Part shown: positions 30,289 to 40,736 of the stretch, piece after piece
How the letters are laid out: each line of letters starts with the position of its first letter
Position numbering within the stretch: the first letter of the stretch is position 1
NCBI GenBank assembly: GCA_965237525.1
Contig: CBDEFO010000003.1
Span: 96,001 to 160,000, forward strand
From: Candidatus Latescibacterota bacterium
GTDB taxonomy: Bacteria > Latescibacterota > CBDEFO01
Direction of reading: 5' to 3'
Length of the DNA stretch: 64,000 nucleotides
Position numbers and translations under genes: made by a program
Notes under the pieces: model-generated
The model's input: the letters and a program-made list of their open reading frames with translations, nothing else
Told to the model about the DNA's origin: nothing
The model's database searches: none

Positions 30289-32307
30289 TCAAAGCAAATT
30301 ACAATCTTTAACAATTGATGACACTTCCTGCTGAGAAAGACCTTCACACCGCAGTGTGAATGTACCACCCAAGTCAGTAGCAAAGCGAGACGGCGCGTTC
30401 CGTACAAGCTTGCCGTACGTGAATCGGCTACGTGCGTAACTCAAGATGCACGCGGCCCTAGCTCGCGACAACGACATGTAAACCAACCTTGCAGCTTCAA
30501 GAACAAGGCCAGGATATGGTCGCCTCCATTTGCCGGGACAAATTTCCTCCTCAAGACCAGGGATAAAGACAACCTGTGCAGACAGTCCCTTTGCACTGTG
30601 CATCGTCATTATCTGAACCCGCTGGGGATGAACCCCTTCATCTGGTGGAGACTGGCCGAGCCGTTGGTAGACAGTATTCAGAACCTCCGCTTTTTGTTCA
30701 GCAGTATCAGCCCATAGATAGTCTCGTATTTCCTCCAACGTAGTATCTCTTGGCAAATGAGACGTGTTTTCCATCCAACTCTGTCGGGCGACATCTCCCA
30801 AGATTCCGCCAAGAAGGTTTTCTATATCGTCACTGCGTTGAGCCAAACTTTCGTTTGGTTGCCATTCTGATAGCTCCGCTAAAGCGTTCCGAGCAGCTTC
30901 GAGAGCTTTAAGTTCCCGTCCCTGAAATACATCGGCTGGCAAGGGTCGGAAGAACATATCTCTGAAATTAAGATTGTTATGCATGACGGCAGCAGCGATT
31001 TTATGGCAGGTACCAGGGCCTACACCTGGGTGAAGTCCAAGCACTATCCGATGGGCCACATAATCATTTTCCTTGCAAATAATTCGCAGACACGCAAGTG
31101 CTAATCTGCCTTCCGGTGAGTTGATGTAGCCATCGGACTTGTATTCGTATAGAATTTCAGCTTTATCAAGAGCTCCTGTCAGTTCCCGTCCTATCACTTT
31201 TGTATCACTGGCAAGGATGATGATTTCACTTGAGGGAATTCCTGCTTGGATAAGGTCACAGCAGGATTCTGCGATGGCACGGGCTTCCGCGGCTCCGCTG
31301 GGAAAAATCCATCGGTAGACTCGTCCTTGCAACGGAGGCTCTGCGGATACGTAAAGGGATTTCAACATCTTAGGAATCCGTTTGGGAAGCGGATGCGCTT
31401 CGATAACTGATCTTGCGGGGTCAAGAATATCAGGCGTGCATCTGAAGCAATCTTTGAGGACGTGTTTGCCAGCATTGGGATATTTCTCTGTAAAACTTTG
31501 TATGCCCTCAGGGAACGCAGAGCGGAAAGAGTAGATGCTCTGGTCATCATCCCCGGCCACGAAGGTAATAACTCTGTTCTGGATAAACTGATCGACGAAC
31601 TCCAAGTCACAAGGGTTCAAATCCTGAAACTCGTCAACTATTAGGTGTTCTGTGCGAAGTTGGTTTACCGGATCGAGCGTTCCGGCGCGAATGTGCTTTA
31701 CACACTGACGAACAATTTCACCGGGTAATACGCAGGAGTAAACCTGTGTCCTATGTCCGTGAAACTCATTGAAACATGTCAGTTCATCTTCGGTAATTGG
31801 CGGATCAGGAGGGATATAGTTTGGAGGTATCCGTTTCCCCGTGCTCCAGAATGCCTCATGCGCCTTTCTGATCTCTTTGCATCTACCGAGGCGAAAACCG
31901 GAATTCTGAGCAAACTCCGAATCAAAGATTTCCTCAAGTTCCCATTTATCCATCACCATCGGATCAGTTGGGTAAGCGCTCAGCATGCTAGCCGATTGCA
32001 AAACGCGCAACGCAAGTGAATGGAGAGTGGTTACACTTACCCGTGCACCTTTGGGAACACCCTCATTAGAGCAGTATTTTTGAATTCGATCTCGAAGGTG
32101 ACGAGCCGAGGCTCGGGTAAACGATACCACGAAAACGGAATCAGCATTGACATCTTTGTCAGCGATAAGACATCGTACTCTTTCTTCAATTGAGTAAGAC
32201 TTTCCCGTTCCGGGACCTGCGACAAGTCGCACTTGATTATGCGTGTCATGGGCAGCTGCGTGTTGGAAGGATTGAGCAACTTCAATCTGTTCTGGGGTGA
32301 TCGGCAT
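30289..32307 (-). CDS. UvrD/Rep-like superfamily 1 helicase
   Basis: AGPGTGKS, SFTRAS, TTLHS, DEFQD, GDDDQSIYSFR, MTMHSAKGL and RLVYMSLSRAR motifs. Confidence 0.9.
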   Translation of the reverse strand: MPITPEQIEVAQSFQHAAAHDTHNQVRLVAGPGTGKSYSIEERVRCLIADKDVNADSVFVVSFTRASARHLRDRIQKYCSNEGVPKGARVSVTTLHSLALRVLQSASMLSAYPTDPMVMDKWELEEIFDSEFAQNSGFRLGRCKEIRKAHEAFWSTGKRIPPNYIPPDPPITEDELTCFNEFHGHRTQVYSCVLPGEIVRQCVKHIRAGTLDPVNQLRTEHLIVDEFQDLNPCDLEFVDQFIQNRVITFVAGDDDQSIYSFRSAFPEGIQSFTEKYPNAGKHVLKDCFRCTPDILDPARSVIEAHPLPKRIPKMLKSLYVSAEPPLQGRVYRWIFPSGAAEARAIAESCCDLIQAGIPSSEIIILASDTKVIGRELTGALDKAEILYEYKSDGYINSPEGRLALACLRIICKENDYVAHRIVLGLHPGVGPGTCHKIAAAVMHNNLNFRDMFFRPLPADVFQGRELKALEAARNALAELSEWQPNESLAQRSDDIENLLGGILGDVARQSWMENTSHLPRDTTLEEIRDYLWADTAEQKAEVLNTVYQRLGQSPPDEGVHPQRVQIMTMHSAKGLSAQVVFIPGLEEEICPGKWRRPYPGLVLEAARLVYMSLSRARAACILSYARSRFTYGKLVRNAPSRFATDLGGTFTLRCEGLSQQEVSSIVKDCNLL

Positions 32308-32323
32308 ATTTTCGTATAAACAT

Positions 32324-32412
32324 TGGTGCCGAAGCCGGGAGTCGAACCCGGATGGACGTTAAAGCCCGCGGGATTTTGAGCCCCGTGTGTCTACCAGTTT
32401 CACCACTTCGGC
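32324..32412 (-). tRNA. tRNA-Leu (anticodon CAA)
   Basis: GCCGAAG acceptor stem, D-loop GGTA, anticodon arm cgggg-ctCAAaa-tcccg, long variable arm, GTTCGA T-loop and encoded CCA. Confidence 0.95.
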
Positions 32413-32488
32413 ACCTGTATTCAGATTGTCCAAATATGCGGGTAAGCAGCCAGCGCCAGACTGGAATGTCTGACGCGACACCCTTGAA

Positions 32489-32980
32489 TCAAAAACTATC
32501 AGCCCGATCAAATCCAGGGGCGTTTGCCTTGCACGGTCCTATGATCTCTGAGAAGACGACCGCTTGTACGACAGATTTAGAGTTAAATCGAATCGGCAGA
32601 CGCACAGGAGCTTTATATTCTGCTTTTTGAGCAACCTTCTTTTCAGGAGACTTGGCAGGTTTTGAAGGTGCAACGTGCACAGCGGGTGGAACGACCACTT
32701 CGGATTGTCCACTCGATTCTGGCTGAACATACCTTAAAGCCTCTAACATTTCAGTCCTTTTCCGCGCTAAAGTCTCCCGCTTGTGTATCTGATCTTCAGC
32801 TTCAAAATCGTATTCTTCTTCCATTTCATCCGCCGGCATTATATCCCGCAGTGCCCTGGGAATAGGAACAGCAGGCGGCCCAGCTGTGGAATCTTCCTTC
32901 GCCTTTCTCTCCGCCTGCCGGATCTTGCTGAATATATAGGATATTACGATGAGAATGATGACAAACCAGAAACTATCCAT
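32489..32980 (-). CDS. Membrane-anchored hypothetical protein (YqfB-like third gene of the nfeD-floA operon)
   Basis: N-terminal TM helix; C-terminal VVQAVVFSEIIGP motif; downstream of floA. Confidence 0.65.
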   Translation of the reverse strand: MDSFWFVIILIVISYIFSKIRQAERKAKEDSTAGPPAVPIPRALRDIMPADEMEEEYDFEAEDQIHKRETLARKRTEMLEALRYVQPESSGQSEVVVPPAVHVAPSKPAKSPEKKVAQKAEYKAPVRLPIRFNSKSVVQAVVFSEIIGPCKANAPGFDRADSF

Positions 32981-33037
32981 TACACGATCTTTCTTTTTTG
33001 AACTGCTTGTTACAGAGTCAACATGTTTTCCCTAAAT

Positions 33038-33064
33038 GTAGGGGCGAGATAATCTCGCCCCTAC
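33038..33064. repeat. GTAG-type REP-like perfect palindrome
   Basis: gtaggggcgagat-a-atctcgcccctac. Confidence 0.75.
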
Positions 33065-33094
33065 TTCGATACCCCATATCGCAACTATAGAACT

Positions 33095-34108
33095 CTATGA
33101 GGAACCGTCCTGATCTCCGCCAGGAGGAGTTGAATCAGACGCGCTCTCAGATATAGAGGTCCTCATATCTGAGTCCGACTCGATATTCCTCATACGATAG
33201 TAGTCCATAATTCCCAGGTTGCCGCTCCTGAATGCCTCTGCCATAGCGAGAGGAACCTGGGCTTCGGCCTCCACCACCTTTGCTCTCATTTCCTGGACTC
33301 TCGCCAGCATCTCCTGTTCCTGGGCTACGGCAAGGGCGCGCCTTTCTTCTGCTTTGGCTCTGGCTATTTTAAGGTCCGCCTCCGCCTGATCCGTCTGAAG
33401 TTTGGCGCCGATATTCTCTCCAACATCCACATCCGCGATGTCTATGGAGAGTATATCGTAAGCCGTCCCCGAATCGAGCCCCTTCTCAAGCACTGTCCTG
33501 GAGATGCGATCTGGATTCTCCAGGACTTGCTTGTGGGTCTGAGACGATCCTATAGTCGTGACTATCCCCTCTCCGACTCTGGCTACTATGGTCTCCTCCC
33601 CCGCTCCACCTACCAGCCGGTCTATATTGGCTCTGACAGTTACCTTTGAAGTGGCTACAACCTGGATCCCGTCAACAGCCACCGCGGCCACTCTGGGGGT
33701 AGTTATCACCTTGGGATTCACGCTTACCTTGACAGCCTCAAGCACGTCTCTGCCTGCAAGGTCTATGGCAGCGGCCCTTTCGAAGTTCAAGGCTATATTC
33801 GCTTTGTCAGCGGATATGAGGGCGTTGATTACGGCATGAACGTTACCGCCTGCCAGATAGTGCGCCTCCATCTTGTCTATATCCACACTTAATCCGGCCT
33901 TCGTGGCGCTGATCTTGGGTCTGATGATACCCTGAGGGGGAACCTTGCGCAACCTCATACCAAAAAGATCTCCAAAGATCTTGACCTTCACGCCGGAAAA
34001 ATAGGCTGTGATCCACAATCCTATCGGAACATAATGTAGAAAGATAAGCACAAATGTTATGAGAACCGCTATTACTATCAATATGACTGTCGAACCTAAT
34101 TCTGCCAT
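33095..34108 (-). CDS. floA: Flotillin-like protein FloA (YqfA)
   Basis: [29 protein letters not shown] and GNLGIMDYY motifs. Confidence 0.93.
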   Translation of the reverse strand: MAELGSTVILIVIAVLITFVLIFLHYVPIGLWITAYFSGVKVKIFGDLFGMRLRKVPPQGIIRPKISATKAGLSVDIDKMEAHYLAGGNVHAVINALISADKANIALNFERAAAIDLAGRDVLEAVKVSVNPKVITTPRVAAVAVDGIQVVATSKVTVRANIDRLVGGAGEETIVARVGEGIVTTIGSSQTHKQVLENPDRISRTVLEKGLDSGTAYDILSIDIADVDVGENIGAKLQTDQAEADLKIARAKAEERRALAVAQEQEMLARVQEMRAKVVEAEAQVPLAMAEAFRSGNLGIMDYYRMRNIESDSDMRTSISESASDSTPPGGDQDGSS

Positions 34109-34179
34109 CAGTTCCACCTCCTGGGGTTTAGTCCTACAGATAATGGCAAGTCCCCCGATTTAAGAAGGAGACCTGCAAT

Positions 34180-35535
34180 TTACGCTTGTCTTACGACTAT
34201 TTTGCTTCCCTCCACAGCTATGATCTTTATCACCTTGTGTTTCTCTATGTAGTCACCCTCGGAAACTACGTCGAGCCGTCTTCCGCTGAAGGTCCCTGTT
34301 CCCGCCGGTCGAAGCATTGTTAAGGCGAGGCCTGTAGCCCCCACCAAATGCTCGTACTCGGACGGAGAGGATCTAAAACCTTCCTCTGTCTTCTCCGCAG
34401 CCTGAAGTATAAGCTTGTTCCAGAAGCTGATTCTGGGAAGAGACCTGAGTACTAAGATAGAAACGAGTATCGAAAGGATAAATGCAAGCCCCATAGAGGT
34501 TACGGCTCTTGACACTTCCTTCATTGTCCAAAAGGTCATGTACTCGACTCCGCCCATTAAACTTGCAAAGAGTCCCGCCATTATAGACACGATTCCTGCA
34601 AGCCCCACCAGTCCAAAGCCCGGAATATACAGAACCTCGATAAGGAGCATTATAGCTCCCGCTGCGAACAGCAAAGGTCCTTCCCACCCTGCCAGATGGA
34701 CGAGATAATGGCTCCAGAAGAAGAGTCCCAAAGAGATGAGACCTACACTCCCGCCGACCCCCCAACCTGGAGTTCTCAACTCGAACAGGAGTCCCAAGAA
34801 ACCCAAACTCATCAGGAGCGAACTGACTATAGGGTGGGTAAAAAAGCGCGCTAAAACTTCCGCCCAGTTTGTTTCGACCCTGATTATCCTTGCCCCCGAC
34901 AGGTCATATAGACCCAGAACCTCCTGGAGTTTTTCGTCCCTGTCCAACTTTTCAACTTTGTGGTCAGCTATTTTATACTGTAGTGCCTCCTCTGTGGTAA
35001 GGGTTAAGAGCTTTCCTTTCGGGGCAAGATCAGGAATATCCACATCTTCGTCCACCATCGCCTCAGCCAGGTCGGTAGGACGGCCGGTCTTTTCGGCCGT
35101 GGCCTTCATCTCACTTCTGAAATAGGAGATGACCTTCTCGCTGGCTTTCTTGCCTTGAAGATCAACAGCAGTCGCCGCCCCTATGGTGCCTCCCTCGGAC
35201 ATAACTATGTGATCTGCAGCTAACGATATTAGAGCGCCGGCGGAGATGGCTCTCGGATTGATGAAGGCGATGGTCTTAGTCTCTGTATATAAAATAGCGT
35301 CCCTAATTATTAAGGCCGCATCTACTCTGCCTCCGGGCGTATCTATTTCGAAAATGATGGCATCAACGCCCAGTTTCTCAGCTTCTTTGATCGCTCTTTC
35401 CACAAAGGCGGCCAAGCCCCTGTCAACTACATCCTTGATGGGAACTACAGAAACGCTCTTCCCCAAGGCATGAACGGGCAGAAGGAGCATAAGACTCAGG
35501 GCCAAAAAGGTGGCATATTTGGCTGCTGCTTTCAT
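34180..35535 (-). CDS. nfeD: NfeD-family membrane-bound serine protease (YqeZ-like)
   Basis: IDTPGG and AISAGALI ClpP-like domain, TM region, and C-terminal LRPAG OB domain. Confidence 0.9.
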   Translation of the reverse strand: MKAAAKYATFLALSLMLLLPVHALGKSVSVVPIKDVVDRGLAAFVERAIKEAEKLGVDAIIFEIDTPGGRVDAALIIRDAILYTETKTIAFINPRAISAGALISLAADHIVMSEGGTIGAATAVDLQGKKASEKVISYFRSEMKATAEKTGRPTDLAEAMVDEDVDIPDLAPKGKLLTLTTEEALQYKIADHKVEKLDRDEKLQEVLGLYDLSGARIIRVETNWAEVLARFFTHPIVSSLLMSLGFLGLLFELRTPGWGVGGSVGLISLGLFFWSHYLVHLAGWEGPLLFAAGAIMLLIEVLYIPGFGLVGLAGIVSIMAGLFASLMGGVEYMTFWTMKEVSRAVTSMGLAFILSILVSILVLRSLPRISFWNKLILQAAEKTEEGFRSSPSEYEHLVGATGLALTMLRPAGTGTFSGRRLDVVSEGDYIEKHKVIKIIAVEGSKIVVRQA

Positions 35536-35577
35536 TTGATCTTATCCAGGATTAAGTTATTATTATTCTCCACCGTA

Positions 35578-35606
35578 ATTTTACTACAATCCTTTTCATT
35601 TGTCAA
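35578..35606 (-). promoter_or_regulatory. Putative sigma70 promoter for nfeD-floA
   Basis: Minus strand TTGACA-17 bp-TAAAAT. Confidence 0.6.
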
Positions 35607-35630
35607 CACCTTTTTCAAAAGCAGGAAGCA

Positions 35631-36236
35631 CTACTGATTCCTCCGGATAAAATCTCGGATAGCCACCTTGCCGTCTTCCAGTATGGACGCGCCATCAGCC
35701 GCTAAGACCGACCCATATTCGTACTCTAAAAGCACCTTTATGCCCTCCTTGGTCTTCTCTATGTCCTTATATTTCTCGGGTGGAAGGAGATTAAGTTGAC
35801 CTTGCGGCTTTCCTATCAGAGCATCTCCCAATATCAGGACCGGTTCTTCTCTCTCCAAAAGCAGGGCGGATTCCCCCGGGGATTTGTTGCCCTGAACATG
35901 GATAACCACCAAGCCTCCGGGGAGTTTAGCTTTATCTTTGAAGGTTTTGTCTGCCTCCACTTCCTCCATTAGTGGAGCGTCCAATTCGTTTATGTAGACC
36001 TGGGCGTCGTACTTGAGCTTCAAGTGGGCCGCCTCCCTTTCGTGATCCCTGTTGGTAATGATGATATACTTCGGCGCGCCTATCTTATCTATCTCCTCCT
36101 CATCCGAAGGTGTCATCTCAGTCGGATCTATCATAACGTTTCCGCCCTCAGACTTTATAAGGAAGCCGTTGAAATCCATCCCCTTTTCCTGGGAATACCA
36201 CGACCATGTATATATGTCTTTAAGTATCTCTTTCAT
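35631..36236 (-). CDS. Metallo-beta-lactamase-fold protein (degenerate metal motif)
   Basis: VMIDP, ITNRDHER, KSPGE and LGDAL motifs. Confidence 0.7.
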   Translation of the reverse strand: MKEILKDIYTWSWYSQEKGMDFNGFLIKSEGGNVMIDPTEMTPSDEEEIDKIGAPKYIIITNRDHEREAAHLKLKYDAQVYINELDAPLMEEVEADKTFKDKAKLPGGLVVIHVQGNKSPGESALLLEREEPVLILGDALIGKPQGQLNLLPPEKYKDIEKTKEGIKVLLEYEYGSVLAADGASILEDGKVAIRDFIRRNQ

Positions 36237-36414
36237 GCTCAGACTCCTCCCGCATCTATATTAATGCATAGTTAAGTAACATTTCCGTGTTTTATGAAGC
36301 TTTTCAGCATATTTTGATCTGAGCTGTATAGTATGGCTCATAGGCTTCAAACTCCCGCTCCGACTGCTGGACTGTCTCCTTTAAATGATGTCCTCACCTA
36401 TCAGTTTGTAGTCA

Positions 36415-37143
36415 TCACCGACCCTTTGAAATGCTCTGTTTCCCCTTTCTCTTCCACTCTTCATATTCCCTTAAGGTCGCCTCATCGGGAGGATATGTCT
36501 CGAAGATCTTCCGATGCCCGTCCTCCTTGAGCTTGGCTTTCAGGAAACTCTCCGTGTGTTCTAACGCAAGGGCCTCTTGGGCCACTTGGGACGACAATTC
36601 TTGAGGAATTACAATCACTCCCTGCGCATCGCCCAACAGCACATCCCCGGGAACTACCGCGACTCCTCCGCAGCTTACGGTCACGTTCATCTCTATCCCC
36701 ACTATTCTTCTGGCGCTTCCAGACGCATGTGCTCCTTTGATGTACAGGGGAAGATCCATTTTGCTGAGCGCAGAAAGATCCCTGATTGCTCCATTCACGA
36801 CTAACCCTCCGCCGCCTCTTACTACAAATCGCGTCATGATTACGTCTCCCACAAATCCAGCCTCCGTGCAGCCATCGGCGTCCACAACTAAAATATCACC
36901 TGGGTTAGCTGCCTCCACAGCCTGTTGATGGACGGGATAGCCTTTTTTCTGCAACTGTTCCTGGATGTCCTTACGCACAGGGACGTATCTGACAGTTGTC
37001 GCCTGTCCGACCATCATCAGCTCGGGACGTATTACTTCAAGCCCAGTCATAAACGTGTCCGGGTAACCCAGACGGTCTAAGATGCTCCATAGAGAGTCCG
37101 TGCTGACTTTCTTCAGATCTTCCAATATCTTTTTGTCTACCAC
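36415..37143 (-). CDS. RraA-family / HMG-CHA aldolase-like protein
   Basis: GDILVVDA, GDVI, GAIRD and PGDVLLGDAQGV motifs. Confidence 0.85.
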   Translation of the reverse strand: MVDKKILEDLKKVSTDSLWSILDRLGYPDTFMTGLEVIRPELMMVGQATTVRYVPVRKDIQEQLQKKGYPVHQQAVEAANPGDILVVDADGCTEAGFVGDVIMTRFVVRGGGGLVVNGAIRDLSALSKMDLPLYIKGAHASGSARRIVGIEMNVTVSCGGVAVVPGDVLLGDAQGVIVIPQELSSQVAQEALALEHTESFLKAKLKEDGHRKIFETYPPDEATLREYEEWKRKGKQSISKGR

Positions 37144-38309
37144 GTATCTCCGGCCATAGATATAAGGTTCATCTCTGTTAGATAACTGCCTATAAGCTCC
37201 GCCGCCAGTTTGTGTCCCTCCGGGCTCCAGTGAGTGTCTCGGGGATAGAAGAGATGCTTTCCATCCCTGACTTGTTCTACGAATTCTGGAAGGAGGTCCA
37301 GAATCGGTATACCAGCCTTCTGACAGTAGTCGGAGATCATTCTGTTAGGTCTATATAGATCGTATTGCCCTTCCATTTCCAACTCTCGCTTTCTCTTTTC
37401 CCATTCGTCCGTGTGAACCTGCATTTTAGCCGGGACAGTCACCACAAGCATCTTCCCCCCTCTGCTTTCCACCTCATCGGAGAGCTTACCTATAAGAGCC
37501 TTGGTCAGCATCCAAGTATAATTTAATTTAGGATGATACACATCCGAATACAGACGGACATAGTATCTTACGGACAAATCTCTTATTCTCTGTTCAGTGA
37601 ACTGTGAGCGTACCAGGTTATAAAGATGGGAGCTGTCCCAGAAGATCAGGTCGATTCGTCGCACTATCTCCTGAGGCTTCGGCCGATCTTCATCCCAGAA
37701 GAGGGACCTCGGAACAGGAACACCCTTTAAGACGAGCTTACCATTTCTCAATTGGAAATAAGGCTTGAATCCCTTCTCAGTGCCTATCCCGATCTTTGAA
37801 GCGTTGTTCCCCACGTCATTTAGGTAGAAGAATACGATCACCAGATCGGGCGAATACTTTACGCCCTCTCTTTGAAAGAACAAAAGCTCCTGATCTGTCC
37901 CGTATCCCGCCACACTGCAGTTTACAACTTCGTACTTTTTATCGCCTCCTTGAAGATTTAATATCTCTTCGAGCCTCCTTGTCACAGAATCCTCAAGTTC
38001 CACTCCCCATCCCTCGACAAAGGAATCTCCAAAGGCTAAGATGCGAAATGTATTATCTTTCTTGGCGTAGTCCCTCTCGACGTCCCTTAGTCCCTTGGAG
38101 TTGATCTTGATACTCACATCAAAGTCCCTGTGAAGCCATCTATCTTCGGCTCCCGGAATGTGCTCCCATCCCAGATTCGCCTCGTATCTCCAGACCTTCG
38201 GATTGGGGAATATCTGAGGGGCCACAATCCTCGTTCCGATCTCTAACCCGCCTAAGCCCAATAGAATTCCGACAAGCATAATAACTACTTTTGAAAGAAA
38301 CTTTTTCAT
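37137..38309 (-). CDS. SGNH/GDSL hydrolase (AlgX/AlgJ-like acetyltransferase/esterase)
   Basis: N-terminal TM; INSKGLRD, GDSF, GYGTDQ, LND and DTHW (DxH) motifs. Confidence 0.82.
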   Translation of the reverse strand: MKKFLSKVVIMLVGILLGLGGLEIGTRIVAPQIFPNPKVWRYEANLGWEHIPGAEDRWLHRDFDVSIKINSKGLRDVERDYAKKDNTFRILAFGDSFVEGWGVELEDSVTRRLEEILNLQGGDKKYEVVNCSVAGYGTDQELLFFQREGVKYSPDLVIVFFYLNDVGNNASKIGIGTEKGFKPYFQLRNGKLVLKGVPVPRSLFWDEDRPKPQEIVRRIDLIFWDSSHLYNLVRSQFTEQRIRDLSVRYYVRLYSDVYHPKLNYTWMLTKALIGKLSDEVESRGGKMLVVTVPAKMQVHTDEWEKRKRELEMEGQYDLYRPNRMISDYCQKAGIPILDLLPEFVEQVRDGKHLFYPRDTHWSPEGHKLAAELIGSYLTEMNLISMAGDTW

Positions 38310-39727
38310 CTGTAAGCACTTTTTGAAAGATACACCTTATTAAGATAATGACGCCCTTGTTCGTTTTCTGGATCCCACTCTAGAAGATCTCTCAGAACTC
38401 TTTCAGCGTCGTCCGATCTATTTTCCTCCATATAGGCGTTAGCCAGGAAAAGATACACCTTCTTATCCTGCCTGGGATAGATATTTATCCCCTTAGATAG
38501 GTGTTCAATTGCCTTTTTATAGTCCTCTTTCACGAGAAAATATTTTCCAGAATCTCTATACTGTACACCCTCTAAAGTCTTTAATCTTGAAAAGCTCGAT
38601 ACTCCTATGAGCACAACTAAAACTGCCGTCAGTGCTTTCAGAGACACTCTTTCCCTGTTCCACATCCACAATAAAAGAAATGATAGGAGAATGGAACTTC
38701 CCAGAGCCGGAAGATAGTTGTATCTCGGAACGTTGTAGCCTCTGTTCCAAAGCGCATAGGGAAACACACAGACAAGTATCCACACTATCCAGAACGACAC
38801 TTTGGGTTTTGCCTTCCACAAGAAGAAGATCGAAACCCCTAAAAGAACGTAGCCCAACTTCCACACCCAGTATAAAGAGCTCTTCAATTCGATCAGATTC
38901 CAGTGAGCCTCCGTTAAGAGCCAAAAGAGATAACTTGAGTAGTTTTGGAGGACATGGAGTCCCATTTCGTACGTCTCATTGCTCGAGAAGGGGCTATTGT
39001 ACACAAATCTATCGACCGACCAGAAAACAACTGCTGACAGTATAAAGGGGAGGACGGACTTGAAGAACCTAATCCCCCTCAATTTGCCTATCCAGAAAAG
39101 ATAAGCAAACAGAGGAACTATCGCTATCCCCATAGACTGATGCATGAACATCGAGACCAAAAATGAGATCCCAGAAAGGACAATCCAGCCCGTTTTCTTT
39201 TGATTTACATAATACTGTGCAAATATAAACGATGTGAGGACAAAGGTGGTTCCCAAAAGTATCGACACTGCTGAAATCCAATAGGTCGCCCTGTAGTGAG
39301 AGCAGTTAAGGAGAAAGAGGAATCCCGACAGTAATCCCATCTGGGTGCCGCACGGGTAGGACCTCGCTGGCAGGCCACTACGTGGGTGGTTGAAGAAGAC
39401 ACTCACAAGATATGCAAAAACGAGGGCGTTGACTGTATGCACAAAGACGTTGAAGAGGTGGTACGACTTCGCGTCTTCCTTGAAGGATTTGTAGAGAAAA
39501 TAAAATAGCGTGTGGACTCCGAGCCTGCTCGCCCAGGGTTTGGAGAAAGATGGAGAGAATATATACTTGGGATCGCTCTGGGCCAGCCGGGCATTTTTTA
39601 CGTAGTCTTCATCATCGAATGTAAACGAGTGAAACCCCATATTGTAGAACGTCGCCGACGATACGAAGACCGTAAAAAGGGCATAAATCGCCCATAGTTT
39701 CACATTCGCGGCTGCACTACGGCCCAT
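38306..39727 (-). CDS. GT-C type multi-TM glycosyltransferase-like protein with C-terminal TPR
   Basis: DD motif after the first TM, YHLFNVFVH and RYNYLP motifs, TPR-like tail. Confidence 0.72.
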   Translation of the reverse strand: MGRSAAANVKLWAIYALFTVFVSSATFYNMGFHSFTFDDEDYVKNARLAQSDPKYIFSPSFSKPWASRLGVHTLFYFLYKSFKEDAKSYHLFNVFVHTVNALVFAYLVSVFFNHPRSGLPARSYPCGTQMGLLSGFLFLLNCSHYRATYWISAVSILLGTTFVLTSFIFAQYYVNQKKTGWIVLSGISFLVSMFMHQSMGIAIVPLFAYLFWIGKLRGIRFFKSVLPFILSAVVFWSVDRFVYNSPFSSNETYEMGLHVLQNYSSYLFWLLTEAHWNLIELKSSLYWVWKLGYVLLGVSIFFLWKAKPKVSFWIVWILVCVFPYALWNRGYNVPRYNYLPALGSSILLSFLLLWMWNRERVSLKALTAVLVVLIGVSSFSRLKTLEGVQYRDSGKYFLVKEDYKKAIEHLSKGINIYPRQDKKVYLFLANAYMEENRSDDAERVLRDLLEWDPENEQGRHYLNKVYLSKSAYR

Positions 39728-39790
39728 ATCGGCGCTGTCTCGGTTAAGTGTGTCATTTGACAGTCCTTGTCTAAAACTCTTCGCTCTGTC

Positions 39791-40736
39791 TCAGGCCTGT
39801 TTTCTCTTTGCTCCTTTCAAATCCTTATCATCAAAAGGAATGGTAAGTTGCTGTTCGTATTCCTTTATTCTCTGCTCTGCCAACTTCACATACTCCTCTT
39901 TGATGTCGTAGCCTATGTAGCGTCTCTTTGCCTTTATCGCAGCAATACAGGAAGACCCGCTCCCGCAGAAAGGATCTAACACAACTTCATCTTTGAAGGT
40001 GTAAAGTTGAATCAGCCGATGTGGAAGCTCAACCGGAAAAGGGGCGGGATGTCCGATCTTTTGCGCAGATTCGGCGGAGAATGTCCACACGCTCTTTGTC
40101 AACTCCAGGAATTCTGCCTTATTGATTGTATCTTCCCTACCTTTCTTCTTTCGGCTGAAGGAATCCTTTGAAAAAACTAGGATATACTCATGAATATCCC
40201 TTAAAGTCGGATTCGCTGCCGATTGCCAGCTTCCCCATGCCGTTGATGGGCTGGAACTTGTCGCCTTGTTCCAGATCATTTCACCCCGCATCAGGAAGCC
40301 AATCTCGTGCATATCCTGAATAATATAACTGTGAAGAGGAATGTAAGGCTTTCGTCCCAGGTTCGCTATGCTCACACATGCCCTGCCTCCAGTGACAAGA
40401 ACGCGATAGGTCTCTCTGAAGACCCGTTTGAGCAGATCCCTGCATTCATCCAGTGACAGATCTTCGTCGTACTCTTTCGTTACGTTATAGGGCGGCGATG
40501 TCACCATAAGGTGTATGCTGTAGTCAGGGATCTCCTCCATCGCCTCACTGCTTTTACAATATACCTTGTCTAGAACAGACGCATCTATGGGGTTTTCAAC
40601 GTATTTTACATCTGTAGGGACTATTTGCCCTTTATATAATCTACTGCTGTAAAACTTAGTGGAGTCATGACCGATTCTACCGGGTGAGCCAAAGGAACTC
40701 GTTGAAGTACTGTTCTTTCTACTATATAGGCTTCAA
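39791..40736 (-). CDS. Site-specific DNA methyltransferase (N4/N6, beta order); 5' end disrupted
   Basis: TSPPY, HPAPFP and VLDPFCGSG motifs. The frame stays open upstream of 40540 (TSSFGSPGRIGHDSTKFY) to a TGA at 40733-40735 with no ATG/GTG/TTG in that stretch. Confidence 0.85.

Noticed and set aside
30289..32307. Calling the helicase Gabija GajB
   Set aside because: No adjacent OLD/TOPRIM nuclease (GajA) is present.
40733..40735. Selenocysteine read-through of the methyltransferase TGA
   Set aside because: The position is non-catalytic, no convincing SECIS hairpin was seen, and a frameshift from a nearby TTG start explains it more simply.
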